64,000 nucleotides of DNA from Anaerolineales bacterium (GCA_046485135.1 JAWOHN010000140.1:1478-65477); one strand, 5' to 3'. Positions 39,924 through 49,187 are shown, counted from the first letter of the stretch. The notes: a model not told the origin generated them from the letters alone. Numbers and translations are program-made.

Positions 39924-40514
39924 GTGCTAGCTGTTACAATTCAGTCTGTGAAGCAACAGCGTCATTTATTTAGCCAGCAACCAGGTTTGGAAAACACCCA
40001 GCTTGAGGAACTCTTTGAGGCATTGTTCCAGGCTTACTGGGGCAAAATAAGTTCTCTCCTGGCAAATCTGGTCGGCGATCGGGACGAGGCCGAGGACCTG
40101 GCCTTGGAGGTATTCTGGCGTCTTTATACACGCCCCCCCGCTGACCTGGACATACAAAACCTGAGTGGCTGGATTTACCGGGTAGCGACCCATTTGGGCT
40201 ATAACGCGCTGCGTTCTCGGAAAAGACGCCTTCATTATGAAGAAAACGCCGGGCTCGAACACCTACTGACCACCACAAGCCAAAACCCTGCTCAGCAATT
40301 CGAGAAAGCAGAACAACGCCAACAGATCAGGCAAGCACTCAGCCAAATGAAACCTCGTTCAGCAAAAATCCTGGCTTTACGTTACTCTGGTCTCTCCTAC
40401 GCAGAGATTGCTGCTGCATTGGACCTTTCGCCTGCTTCCATTGGCACCCTCTTAGCACGCGCCGAACAGGAGTTTGAAAAACGTTACCTGAACATCGAAA
40501 GGGGCCGGACATGA
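39924..40514 (+). CDS. ECF-type sigma-70 family factor
   Basis: GTG start with GGAAGGAGAGG SD. Region 2 AEDLALEVFWRLY, region 4 LRYSGLSYAEIAAALDLSPASIGTLLARA. Confidence 0.85.
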   Translation: MLAVTIQSVKQQRHLFSQQPGLENTQLEELFEALFQAYWGKISSLLANLVGDRDEAEDLALEVFWRLYTRPPADLDIQNLSGWIYRVATHLGYNALRSRKRRLHYEENAGLEHLLTTTSQNPAQQFEKAEQRQQIRQALSQMKPRSAKILALRYSGLSYAEIAAALDLSPASIGTLLARAEQEFEKRYLNIERGRT

Positions 40515-41701
40515 ATCTTAAGCCAAATCAACACATATTAACTGGACAACTACGAGCATATCTGGATGCAGAATTGGATATCGTTGAGGTGGAAAAACTC
40601 CGCCCACACCTGGATACATGCCCAGACTGCCGGAACAAGTTGGTAGAGCTCTCACAACGAGCAAGCCAGGTTGGCCTTCAGATGAGCACGCTTGCCAGTC
40701 CAACAGACCTGACTGACCCCTTCGCTGCCCGCGCCCAATTGGACAATTATTTATCCACAAAGGAGAACCATTCCATGAAAAACAAATTCCTCTCTCGGAA
40801 TTCACGCCTTACCTGGGCAGTTGTCTCCCTGCTCATTATCCTTGCAGCTACCATGGCCTTTCCACAGGTGCGAGCTATTGGCACCAATTTTCTCGGCCTG
40901 TTCCGGGTTGAGAAAGTAACTGTTGTCACCTTTAACCCCTCGAATATACCAGATGGTTTTTCATCGACAGGGCCACGCATCGAGCAATTGTTATCTAACG
41001 ATGTCAAGGTCGAAAGCTTCGGGGAGACCCATGCCGTACCAGACCGCACCCAAGCCTCTGTTGAGGCAGGTATTCCCATCCGGCTGCCACTTGCAATGGG
41101 AGAACCTACTGCCCTGACAGTTCAACCACAGGCGAAGTTTACCTTAACGATCGATCTTCCCCGCCTGCAACTGATCCTGACGGAAATGGGGAAGCAAGAC
41201 ATTGAGCTTCCAGATTTCATCCAGGGTCAAACCGTGACCGCAGATCTACCTACTTCAGTCACCGCGTTGTTTGGCGATTGCCAGGTGGATACTGAAATGA
41301 ATTCCACATACGGATATGACCCAGATGCCCCCCATAGTGGCAATTCCGACTGCACAGTCCTGGTTCAATTGGCCAGCCCAACTGTCTCCGCTCCACCCGG
41401 GTTAGACATCGATCGGATTGGCGCAGCCTTTTTGGAGCTGAGTGGCATGAGCCCGGAAGAAGCAGAGCGTTTTAGCCAGACTGTGGATTGGGCCACCACC
41501 CTGGTGATACCGGTACCCAACTATGCTTCTTCAAGCGAAGTGACAGTGGATGGTGTTCAGGGCGTGTTGGTACAGCAACCTGCTTCTCGGGAGAGACAAA
41601 CCCGTTTCTCGCTTATTTGGGTAAAGGATAGCATTGTTTACTCTTTGAATGGCCATGGATCTACAGAAGAGGCTCTCAGCATTGCAAATTCTCTTAAGTA
41701 G
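40511..41701 (+). CDS. Anti-sigma factor (zf-HC2) with one TM and a large extracytoplasmic domain
   Basis: ATGA overlap with the sigma gene; HLDTCPDCRNKL; TM WAVVSLLIILAATMAF. Confidence 0.7.
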   Translation: MNLKPNQHILTGQLRAYLDAELDIVEVEKLRPHLDTCPDCRNKLVELSQRASQVGLQMSTLASPTDLTDPFAARAQLDNYLSTKENHSMKNKFLSRNSRLTWAVVSLLIILAATMAFPQVRAIGTNFLGLFRVEKVTVVTFNPSNIPDGFSSTGPRIEQLLSNDVKVESFGETHAVPDRTQASVEAGIPIRLPLAMGEPTALTVQPQAKFTLTIDLPRLQLILTEMGKQDIELPDFIQGQTVTADLPTSVTALFGDCQVDTEMNSTYGYDPDAPHSGNSDCTVLVQLASPTVSAPPGLDIDRIGAAFLELSGMSPEEAERFSQTVDWATTLVIPVPNYASSSEVTVDGVQGVLVQQPASRERQTRFSLIWVKDSIVYSLNGHGSTEEALSIANSLK

Positions 41702-41728
41702 GTTAGAATTCAAGCATTAAATCCAACA

Positions 41729-41761
41729 CATGAAACGCGAGTGCATCGCGTTTCATGTTTA
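41729..41761 (+). terminator. Hairpin between the anti-sigma gene and the ABC transporter
   Basis: CATGAAACGCGA (41729-41740) / TCGCGTTTCATG (41746-41757), perfect 12-bp stem with 5-nt loop, then TTTAAA. Confidence 0.65.
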
Positions 41762-41785
41762 AAGCCTCAACACGCCCAACAAGCT

Positions 41786-42712
41786 ATGGATGAATCGAAA
41801 TCCTTTGCCCTGCAAACCAACGGACTGCAGAAAATATTTGGGGACAAAGTCGCAGTTCAAGACCTGACCTTGAACGTCGAAAGAGGGGAGGTCTTTGGCT
41901 TCTTGGGACCAAACGGAGCCGGCAAAACCACGTCTATCAAGATGCTATTGGGCTTAACTGCTCCTACTTCAGGTGAAGGAAATCTTCTGGGCGCCCCCCT
42001 GGGCGATCCAGACATGCGCAGGCAGGTAGGCTTCTTGCCCGAGCATTTCCGCTTCCATGATTGGCTAACGGCCTCCGAATTCCTGACCCTGCATGCTGAT
42101 CTTTACCAAATGCCCCGTTCCATATCCCGTGCGAGAACAGCCGAGTTGCTGGACCTGGTCGGTCTCACCCCACACGCCTCTCGCAAGCTGCGCACCTTTT
42201 CGAAGGGAATGCTCCAGCGAGTGGGCCTGGCTCAGGCTTTGTTAAATAAGCCCACCCTGGTATTCCTGGACGAACCGACCTCCGGTTTGGATCCGGTCGG
42301 ACGCAGGCTCGTGAGAGACATCATCCGGGACTTGCGCCAACAAGGAACGAGTGTGTTTTTAAATTCGCACCTGCTAAGCGAGGTGGAGATCACTTGTGAC
42401 CGGGTTGCATTTATTAAGAACGGGGAAGTTATTCGCACCAGCCGCCTCAAGGCACTTGTTGATGGCGAAATAACCGTCAAGGCTCGTGTGCAAAACCTAT
42501 CTGACGAAGTACTGTCAGGTCTTTCACGCTGGAGCCAGAACTCACGCCTGGATGGCGAATATCTTTCCATGATCCTTTCTGCTGAGTCCGACCTGCCGGA
42601 AGCAAACCGTTACCTGGTAGAAAACCAGGTGGCGGTTTTTTCATTCCAACCAGAACAAATTTCATTAGAGGATCTCTTTATGCAAATCATTGGAAACGAG
42701 GGGGTTCTCTGA
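41786..42712 (+). CDS. ABC transporter ATP-binding protein (ABC-2 type)
   Basis: Start reset to MDESKSFAL, downstream of the hairpin. [28 protein letters not shown]. Confidence 0.88.
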   Translation: MDESKSFALQTNGLQKIFGDKVAVQDLTLNVERGEVFGFLGPNGAGKTTSIKMLLGLTAPTSGEGNLLGAPLGDPDMRRQVGFLPEHFRFHDWLTASEFLTLHADLYQMPRSISRARTAELLDLVGLTPHASRKLRTFSKGMLQRVGLAQALLNKPTLVFLDEPTSGLDPVGRRLVRDIIRDLRQQGTSVFLNSHLLSEVEITCDRVAFIKNGEVIRTSRLKALVDGEITVKARVQNLSDEVLSGLSRWSQNSRLDGEYLSMILSAESDLPEANRYLVENQVAVFSFQPEQISLEDLFMQIIGNEGVL

Positions 42713-43551
42713 TGAGTGTGTGGGTCATTGCTAGCCTGACTTTTCGGGAGGCCTCCCGGCGCAAGATTTTGCTGGCAGCTACCCTTTTTGGCTTGCTTTT
42801 TCTCGGAATATACGCTCTCGGCTTAAGCCAGATCCAGAAAGAGATCAACCTTCAATCCAGATCAATGCCGACTTTAGTCGTCAGTGAATTGTTTAATTTT
42901 ATTCTGATGGCCGGATTGTATGTGGTTAATTTTTTGTCCGTCGCGATGACGGTGCTGACCTCGGTGGATACCCTTTCAGGCGAGATTTCTTCCGGCACCA
43001 TCCAAACCCTGGTCAGCAAACCGGTCCGGCGCTGGGAAATCCTGTTCGGGAAATGGTTAGGTTTTGTCGGGATGCTGAGCCTGTATCTGCTATTAATGGC
43101 TGGGGGGGTGATGCTGGTTGCAAGCCTAACCCTGGGTTACACAGCCCCAAATGCACTGCGCGGTCTGGGATTGATGTGGCTCAACCTGATCCTGCTGCTG
43201 GGGGTTTCATTTTTAGGAGGCACCTTCCTTTCAACCCTGGCAAATGGGGTGCTGGTCTTTGGCCTGTATGGGATCGCCTTCATTGGGGGCTGGATCGAGC
43301 AATTTGGTTCATTTTTAGAAAACCAGACCGCCGTCAATATCGGCATTCTGTGCAGTTTGATTCTGCCGGCGGAAGCCCTGTGGAAGCGTGCTGCTTATGA
43401 GATGCAATCTCCGATTGCCGGAGCGATGGGAAACTTCAGCCCGTTTTCGGCTCAATCCGTGCCCAGCCCGTTGATGGTGGGGTACGCAATCCTGTACGCA
43501 ATGGCAGCCCTGATATTCGCTATCCGCCAATTCAACCAACGGGATCTATAG
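42712..43551 (+). CDS. ABC-2 family permease
   Basis: Six hydrophobic segments; 1-nt overlap with the ATPase stop. Confidence 0.7.
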   Translation: MSVWVIASLTFREASRRKILLAATLFGLLFLGIYALGLSQIQKEINLQSRSMPTLVVSELFNFILMAGLYVVNFLSVAMTVLTSVDTLSGEISSGTIQTLVSKPVRRWEILFGKWLGFVGMLSLYLLLMAGGVMLVASLTLGYTAPNALRGLGLMWLNLILLLGVSFLGGTFLSTLANGVLVFGLYGIAFIGGWIEQFGSFLENQTAVNIGILCSLILPAEALWKRAAYEMQSPIAGAMGNFSPFSAQSVPSPLMVGYAILYAMAALIFAIRQFNQRDL

Positions 43552-43604
43552 AAAATCATCCCAGAGGGATGGAGCGTGTAGATCAACAAGTCGCCCATCC
43601 ATTT

Positions 43605-43646
43605 CTGCGTAATTTGCGTATAATTATCACATTAGGAATTACGCAG
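43605..43646. promoter_or_regulatory. 10-bp inverted repeat bracketing a TATAAT box upstream of the CDP-alcohol transferase gene
   Basis: CTGCGTAATT (43605-43614) and AATTACGCAG (43637-43646); TATAAT at 43619-43624; direct GCGTAATT / GCGTATAATT. Confidence 0.4.
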
Positions 43647-43667
43647 CTTAGCTGAAGATGGACAGAT

Positions 43668-44915
43668 ATGAGCACAGCGATATCAAACATTAATCACCCT
43701 CAGGACGCACTGCCACACTTAAAAAAACGTTGGATTGCTTTCACGGTGGTTGCCATTTTTACGCTGGGATGTGCTGCTCTGCTCCTGAACCACTTATGGG
43801 AACCAAGGTATGCTCTGCGATGGTTGGCGATATCTACCATGGGAATGGTGTACCTGGTCAAAACGCTGTGGTCTAATCTTGAACAAAATCACCGTCCAGA
43901 TGAAGTCAGCTTGCTGCCTACCTTAGGCCCTGGGAACAGCCTGACATTGCTGCGGGGAGCATTGCTGGCAGGTTTGGCGGGATTTATCCTCTCACCTTCA
44001 CCGGAGCAAAATCTGGCCTGGGCGCCGGCGATCATCTACACCCTGGCCATCGCGGTTGACTTTCTGGATGGTTACGCAGCTCGCGTTTCCAACCATGTAA
44101 CCCGCCTGGGGGAAACTCTTGATATGAGTTTAGATGGTCTGGGAATCTTGATCGCTTCTGTGTTGGCGATTCAATATGGAACACTGCCGGTATGGTACCT
44201 GGCAGTTCCGCTGGCTCGCTTCCTGTTCCTGGCTGGAATCAACTGGAGAAATAAGAAAGGTCTGGTGGTCCACAAGCTAAATCCCAGCGTGAGACGCAGA
44301 GCCTTTGCAGCAGTGCAGATGGGATTTCTTTCATCAATGCTTTGGCCTGTTTTCACCCCTCCAGGCACAACTGTAGCCGCCTTTATCTTTGCTCTTCCCT
44401 TCCTGGTGGGATTTGCCATGGATTGGTTGGCAGCTTGTGGCCTGCTGAGACAAAACCAATTTCAGGAGCCCAATCCAGTCATCAAGCCCTTACTAACAAT
44501 TGCCCCAATAGTGCTCCGGTTGGTGGTTTTGATCGTCTTGTCGATGCACACCGCTACTCAAATCGACACTTATCTTAACCCGGGTGTTCCTTCTATAGCT
44601 GGCACAGGCGCCCCAAACGCAACCGTTAGCGCTCTAATATTGGCGTTTGAAATTCTGGTTCTGTTTTTCCTGGTTTTTGGGGTAGCGGGACGGGTAGCCG
44701 CTATTGCCGGCTTGCTCCTATTGGGCATTCACCAGTTTTACACAGGTCTTAACCTGGCCCAATACTTACTCATCCTCATTTATACTGCCATCCTCTACCT
44801 TGGAACCGGGAAGTATTCGCTGTGGAAACCCGAGGACCGTTTAATCTTCAACCAGGCCGGTCGGGTTCAGGTTCAAGCGTCCGTGGACGACCACACCAGC
44901 CATGCGAGACATTAG
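43668..44915 (+). CDS. CDP-alcohol phosphatidyltransferase-family protein, extended (415 aa)
   Basis: DFLDGYAARVSNHVTRLGETLDMSLDG matches DG-x2-AR-x8-G-x3-D-x3-D; additional C-terminal TM segments. Confidence 0.85.
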   Translation: MSTAISNINHPQDALPHLKKRWIAFTVVAIFTLGCAALLLNHLWEPRYALRWLAISTMGMVYLVKTLWSNLEQNHRPDEVSLLPTLGPGNSLTLLRGALLAGLAGFILSPSPEQNLAWAPAIIYTLAIAVDFLDGYAARVSNHVTRLGETLDMSLDGLGILIASVLAIQYGTLPVWYLAVPLARFLFLAGINWRNKKGLVVHKLNPSVRRRAFAAVQMGFLSSMLWPVFTPPGTTVAAFIFALPFLVGFAMDWLAACGLLRQNQFQEPNPVIKPLLTIAPIVLRLVVLIVLSMHTATQIDTYLNPGVPSIAGTGAPNATVSALILAFEILVLFFLVFGVAGRVAAIAGLLLLGIHQFYTGLNLAQYLLILIYTAILYLGTGKYSLWKPEDRLIFNQAGRVQVQASVDDHTSHARH

Positions 44916-44917
44916 AC

Positions 44918-45949
44918 ATGTATAAAATCCTGTTGGCTTTTCTCGCTATCCCTTTGCTGTGGTGGTCATTACGCGATATTCCGTTACCTGAGATTTATGA
45001 TACCCTGCTGGGGGTCAGCCCACTGGGATTGCTCGGTCTAGCACTATTGAATGGGTTTATCTTTCTCTTGTTGACCAGCCGCTGGTGGCTGTTGATACGC
45101 GCTCTGGGTAATAGACTGCCTTTCCTTTCGCTGGTTGGTTATCGCCTGGCTGCCTTTGGGATTACTTACTTCACCCCCGGACCACAATTTGGAGGCGAGC
45201 CTCTGCAAGTACACCTGGTCCAAAGCCGGCACCATCTCTCAGGATCAGTCGCGCTGGCTGGAGTGGCTATGGACAAGCTGGTTGAGCTACTGGTGAATTT
45301 TTCATTCCTGGTATTTGGATTAATGCTTGTGTTCCACTTCCGCTTGCTGCACAGCCCAATCTCGAGCCTGACGCTGTTCATTACGCTGGGTATGCTGGTG
45401 CTACCGGTCATCTACTTGCTACTGCTAAGAATGGGATACCACCCATTCACGACCCTCCTGAGCCGCCCTGTGAAGTTAGAAAAATGGAAAACCGCATTCT
45501 GGCGGATCAAGCTGCCGGTAGAATCAGCTGAGGAACAGGTGGCAGGATTGTTGCGTCATAAGCCAAAGGCTTTGGGCGGCGCCTTGACCATCTCTTTGCT
45601 GGCGTGGATCTGCATGATTGCTGAATATTGGTTGGCATTGCGAGTCCTGGGAATCCATCTTGAACCGTTCCAGGTGATCTTTGCACTTACTGCTGTGAGA
45701 ATTGCCTTCCTACTGCCGTTTCCAGCCGGTGTGGGCGCACTGGAAGCTGGGCAGGTGGCTGCCATGCAAATGTTGGGGGTTGAGCCTGCCCTGGGCATCA
45801 GCGTAAGTTTATTGATCCGGGCGCGAGACCTTAGTTTGGGAGTTTTGGGATTATGGTTAGGAGGATTATTGACGCGGCTCGGTCCAATGAGACCGTCTGC
45901 TGTAGCACAACCGATTAATGTTAACATCCAAAGGAGAAACCAAAGATGA
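44918..45949 (+). CDS. UPF0104 / lysyl-PG-synthase-TM-like (flippase-like) membrane protein
   Basis: Start reset to MYKILLAFLAIPLLWW (3 nt after the upstream stop). RLAAFGITYFTPGPQFGGEPLQVHLV block typical of the family. Confidence 0.7.
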   Translation: MYKILLAFLAIPLLWWSLRDIPLPEIYDTLLGVSPLGLLGLALLNGFIFLLLTSRWWLLIRALGNRLPFLSLVGYRLAAFGITYFTPGPQFGGEPLQVHLVQSRHHLSGSVALAGVAMDKLVELLVNFSFLVFGLMLVFHFRLLHSPISSLTLFITLGMLVLPVIYLLLLRMGYHPFTTLLSRPVKLEKWKTAFWRIKLPVESAEEQVAGLLRHKPKALGGALTISLLAWICMIAEYWLALRVLGIHLEPFQVIFALTAVRIAFLLPFPAGVGALEAGQVAAMQMLGVEPALGISVSLLIRARDLSLGVLGLWLGGLLTRLGPMRPSAVAQPINVNIQRRNQR

Positions 45950-46299
45950 ACACAGAACACAACCCTCAGAACAAGACCAGGTTTGGAACCCTCCAGATAA
46001 GTATCTTGCTGCTTGGCCTGGCAACCGCGGTGATCCACGGTGTTGTGCTCAATCTCATGATGGGCAAATTAGATTTGCTATTCACCCTGAATGGGATCGG
46101 ATTTCTTGTACTACTGGCGGCCTATTTCCTGCCACAGTTCAGACCGCTGCATAACCTGGTCCGCTGGGGCCTGATCGCCTTTACGGCTGTCACAATTATT
46201 GCCTGGGTGTTCCTCGGCGCTCGTGAAATCTTAGGATATGTAACCAAGCTGATCGAGGCAGGTTTGATTGTGGCCTTATTGCTTGATTCTGATCGCTGA
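45946..46299 (+). CDS. Small four-TM membrane protein
   Basis: ATGA overlap with the upstream gene; 117 aa, four hydrophobic helices. Confidence 0.5.
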   Translation: MNTEHNPQNKTRFGTLQISILLLGLATAVIHGVVLNLMMGKLDLLFTLNGIGFLVLLAAYFLPQFRPLHNLVRWGLIAFTAVTIIAWVFLGAREILGYVTKLIEAGLIVALLLDSDR

Positions 46300-46407
46300 A
46301 ACAAATTTTGATAACTGCTCCGGCAAAAGTCTTCACAGGGAAGGCCATTTCTCTGATAGGCCAGGCGGTTTCGTCAATAGAATAGTTGGCGGGGATATAA
46401 TGAACAT

Positions 46408-47064
46408 ATGAAGGAAAATGATCAACCAATACAAATTCAAATGATGGTGTCTGCGCGCTTGCCTACATCAACCGGCGAGTACAGATTGTGCCTCTATCAC
46501 ACCAACCAGGATTCAAAAGAGCACCTGGCACTGGTCAAAGGGGAGGTGCAAGGGAAATCCGCCGTCCTGGTTCGCATTCATTCAGAGTGCTTTACCGGTG
46601 ATCTGCTGGGTTCCCGGCGTTGTGATTGCGGCGAACAGTTGGCTTGTTCCTTGCAGATGATTGCAGACAAAGGCGAGGGTGTGTTAATTTACCTGCGCCA
46701 GGAGGGCCGCGGGATTGGCTTGTTAGAAAAGTTACGCGCGTACAATTTACAAGATGAGGGATACGACACCATAGAGGCCAATATCCTGCTAGGCCACCAG
46801 GCAGATGAACGTGACTATACCGTTGCTGCCCGCATCTTGGAAGATCTCGGCGTCGATTCTATCCGCTTGATCACCAACAACCCATCGAAAATCCAAAGTT
46901 TAGAGTCCCAGAATATAACCATTACCGAAAGAGTGCCGATCCTTCCGACCGTAAACGGTGACAATGCCGGATATTTGAACACCAAAATGCAACGCATGAA
47001 CCACCTGTTCAACCTGACTACCGATATATTTGATATCAGCGGAAATGGGAAAAATTCCTCTTGA
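46408..47064 (+). CDS. ribA: GTP cyclohydrolase II
   Basis: VRIHSECFTGDLLGSRRCDCGEQL (Zn Cys triad), IYLRQEGRGIGL, DERDY; monofunctional, with no RibB domain. Confidence 0.9.
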   Translation: MKENDQPIQIQMMVSARLPTSTGEYRLCLYHTNQDSKEHLALVKGEVQGKSAVLVRIHSECFTGDLLGSRRCDCGEQLACSLQMIADKGEGVLIYLRQEGRGIGLLEKLRAYNLQDEGYDTIEANILLGHQADERDYTVAARILEDLGVDSIRLITNNPSKIQSLESQNITITERVPILPTVNGDNAGYLNTKMQRMNHLFNLTTDIFDISGNGKNSS

Positions 47065-47740
47065 TTCCTGGCTGGCGAAGACAGGTGATCAAAGAGGACA
47101 AACTGGACGGCCTCTGGTTACCCTGTCCTGGGCCCAAAGCATCGATGGAAGCCTGACCACCCGGCGGGGAGAGACCTTGGCGCTCAGTGGACCTAAATCC
47201 TTGCGCCTGACCCACCGGTTGCGAGCCGCTCACGATGCCATTGCGGTAGGCATTGGAACGGTTTTAGCTGATGACCCTCAACTGACGGTCCGCCTGGTGA
47301 CTGGCTCAGACCCACAGCCCATAGTGCTGGACAGCCATCTGACATTCCCCCAGCAAGCCCAGCTTATTCGAGCCGAGAGACATCCCTGGATTGCAACAGT
47401 GACCCCAGCCGACCCAGATAAAAAAGCATTCCTCGAAGCGCATGGAGCGTGTATCTTTGAATGTCCCGCTGACTCTCGCCAACAAGTCGACTTGCCTGAC
47501 TTTCTTGAAGTCCTGGCATCTAAGGGCATCCGCAGCCTAATGGTAGAGGGAGGTGCAAAACTGATCACAAGTTTCTTAGAAGGCGGCCTGGCAGATCGAG
47601 TTGTGATCACAATCTCACCAATCCTTGTTGGCGGTCTGGCGGTTGTTGCCGAACAGTTGTTGCCAATGCCAAGGATACACGATGTCAATTACGATCAGGT
47701 GGGAAATGATCTGATCGTTTGGGGTGTTCCCACATGGTGA
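47045..47740 (+). CDS. RibD C-terminal-type pyrimidine reductase, no deaminase domain
   Basis: RPLVTLSWAQSIDGS..., VGIGTVLADDPQLTVR, LMVEGGAKLITSFL. Start is either ATG 47045 or TTG 47030; overlaps the ribA stop. Confidence 0.85.
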   Translation: MGKIPLDSWLAKTGDQRGQTGRPLVTLSWAQSIDGSLTTRRGETLALSGPKSLRLTHRLRAAHDAIAVGIGTVLADDPQLTVRLVTGSDPQPIVLDSHLTFPQQAQLIRAERHPWIATVTPADPDKKAFLEAHGACIFECPADSRQQVDLPDFLEVLASKGIRSLMVEGGAKLITSFLEGGLADRVVITISPILVGGLAVVAEQLLPMPRIHDVNYDQVGNDLIVWGVPTW

Positions 47741-48777
47741 GACAGATCAAACGTCAAGCAGTTTATTTTACAGACATCGGGCAAGTTACCGTCAGGAAAG
47801 AATCAACCCCAATGCCTGGCCCAACCCAGGTGTTGGTACAAACCAGGTATTCTGCTATCAGCCCTGGCACAGAAATGCTGCTTTACCGGGGACAGTTCCC
47901 CCCTGAGTTATCTCTTGATGCAAACATTCCTGACTTATCTGGCGGCTTCAAGTACCCTCTCAAATACGGTTATGCTGCAGTGGGTAAGGTCATCCAAATT
48001 GGATCAAAGGTAGATCCAATCTGGACAGACCGAGAGGTATTTGCCTTTCATCCCCATGAAAGCCACTTCATCACATCTGTGCAAGAATTACATCCTCTCC
48101 CTGCCGCTCTTTCAATTGAAGATGCGTTGTTTCTGCCGAATATGGAAACGGCAGTCAATTTCCTTTTGGACAGCAGACCGATTTTGGGGGAGCGCGTGGT
48201 TGTACTGGGCCAGGGTATTGTCGGCCTGCTGACCACGGCATTGTTAGCCTGGTATCCCCTTTCCAAGCTTATCACCTTGGACCGCTATCCGCTGCGCAGA
48301 CAGGCCTCATTGACACTTGGCGCCCATGAAAGCCTGGATACAGACTCGCCTGAAACTGCCCAGAACCTGGAGCGCATCTTCCCTGCAGGTGCAGACTTGG
48401 TGTTTGAACTGTCTGGTAACCCAGAAGTATTGAACCAGGCTATCCAATTGACAGGCCACTCAGGTCGAGTAATCGTCGGCTCCTGGTATGGGACAAAGCT
48501 GGCTGAGCTTAAATTGGGAGGGCGCTTCCACCGGGAACGAATAAACCTGATTAGCAGCCAGGTAAGCAGCCTGACGCCAGAGTTGAGCGGGCGCTGGGAT
48601 AAAGCACGTCGCCTGCAGGTGGCCTGGGAAGCACTGGCTGCGTTGCGCCCTTCCCGCCTGATCACGCAACGCATCCCACTCGAAGAAGCGCCGCTGGCTT
48701 ATCAATTGATCGACCGAGAACCAGAAAATGCAATTCAAGTGGTACTGGATTACAATAAAACGACGACAATCAATTGA
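47734..48777 (+). CDS. MDR-superfamily dehydrogenase lacking the canonical zinc ligands
   Basis: ATGGTGA overlap with the upstream stop. GroES-like and Rossmann (VLGQGIVGL) domains; SAISPGTE and GYAAVGKV sit where Zn-ADHs have Cys and GHE. Confidence 0.75.
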   Translation: MVRQIKRQAVYFTDIGQVTVRKESTPMPGPTQVLVQTRYSAISPGTEMLLYRGQFPPELSLDANIPDLSGGFKYPLKYGYAAVGKVIQIGSKVDPIWTDREVFAFHPHESHFITSVQELHPLPAALSIEDALFLPNMETAVNFLLDSRPILGERVVVLGQGIVGLLTTALLAWYPLSKLITLDRYPLRRQASLTLGAHESLDTDSPETAQNLERIFPAGADLVFELSGNPEVLNQAIQLTGHSGRVIVGSWYGTKLAELKLGGRFHRERINLISSQVSSLTPELSGRWDKARRLQVAWEALAALRPSRLITQRIPLEEAPLAYQLIDREPENAIQVVLDYNKTTTIN

Positions 48778-48789
48778 GGAATAACACAT

Positions 48790-49167
48790 ATGTACACTGT
48801 TTCTGTATCGAGGGACTTTATTGCCCGGCACTTCTTGGTAGGAGGAGATTGGGGGGCAGAAAATTACGAGCATGCCCACCATTACCGGGTTGAAGTACAG
48901 CTTGAAGGCGCCTTCTTGGACCAACACGGATACCTGGTCGATATCGTCGATATTGAAGGCAGGTTGGAATCTCTGGTGGAAGTCTATCGCGATAAAATCT
49001 TAAATGAGCTTCCTGAGTTCTCGGGCTTGAACCCAAGTATCGAACATTTTGCCCGAATTTTTTCGGAGGGATTTTCTGCAGGCTTAGAAGCCCCAAAATT
49101 GACAGCGATTAAGGTCAAAATTTGGGAGAACGACATCGCTTGGGCCTCATATCAACTCAAGCGCTGA
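48790..49167 (+). CDS. PTPS/QueD-fold (COG0720-like) protein without any cysteine
   Basis: FIARHFL...ENYEHAHHYRVEVQLEG..LDQHGYLVDIVDIE matches the fold and His ligands; no Cys in 125 aa. Confidence 0.7.
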   Translation: MYTVSVSRDFIARHFLVGGDWGAENYEHAHHYRVEVQLEGAFLDQHGYLVDIVDIEGRLESLVEVYRDKILNELPEFSGLNPSIEHFARIFSEGFSAGLEAPKLTAIKVKIWENDIAWASYQLKR

Positions 49168-49187
49168 TCGACCCAGTGGAGACTTTT

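Noticed and set aside
39749-39973. Cys-rich 74-aa ORF (or a 56-aa ATG-initiated version) between ileS and the ECF sigma gene
   Set aside because: It starts at TTG inside the putative ileS terminator, has no SD, runs through an AT-rich promoter-like tract and overlaps the sigma start out of frame. The Cys richness follows from TGT/TGC-rich sequence.
45556-46038. 160-aa antisense ORF
   Set aside because: It lies opposite the UPF0104 gene and the small membrane gene, so it is a shadow ORF.
46300-46407. FMN riboswitch upstream of ribA
   Set aside because: The gap is only 108 nt and shows none of the conserved FMN-element helices or motifs.
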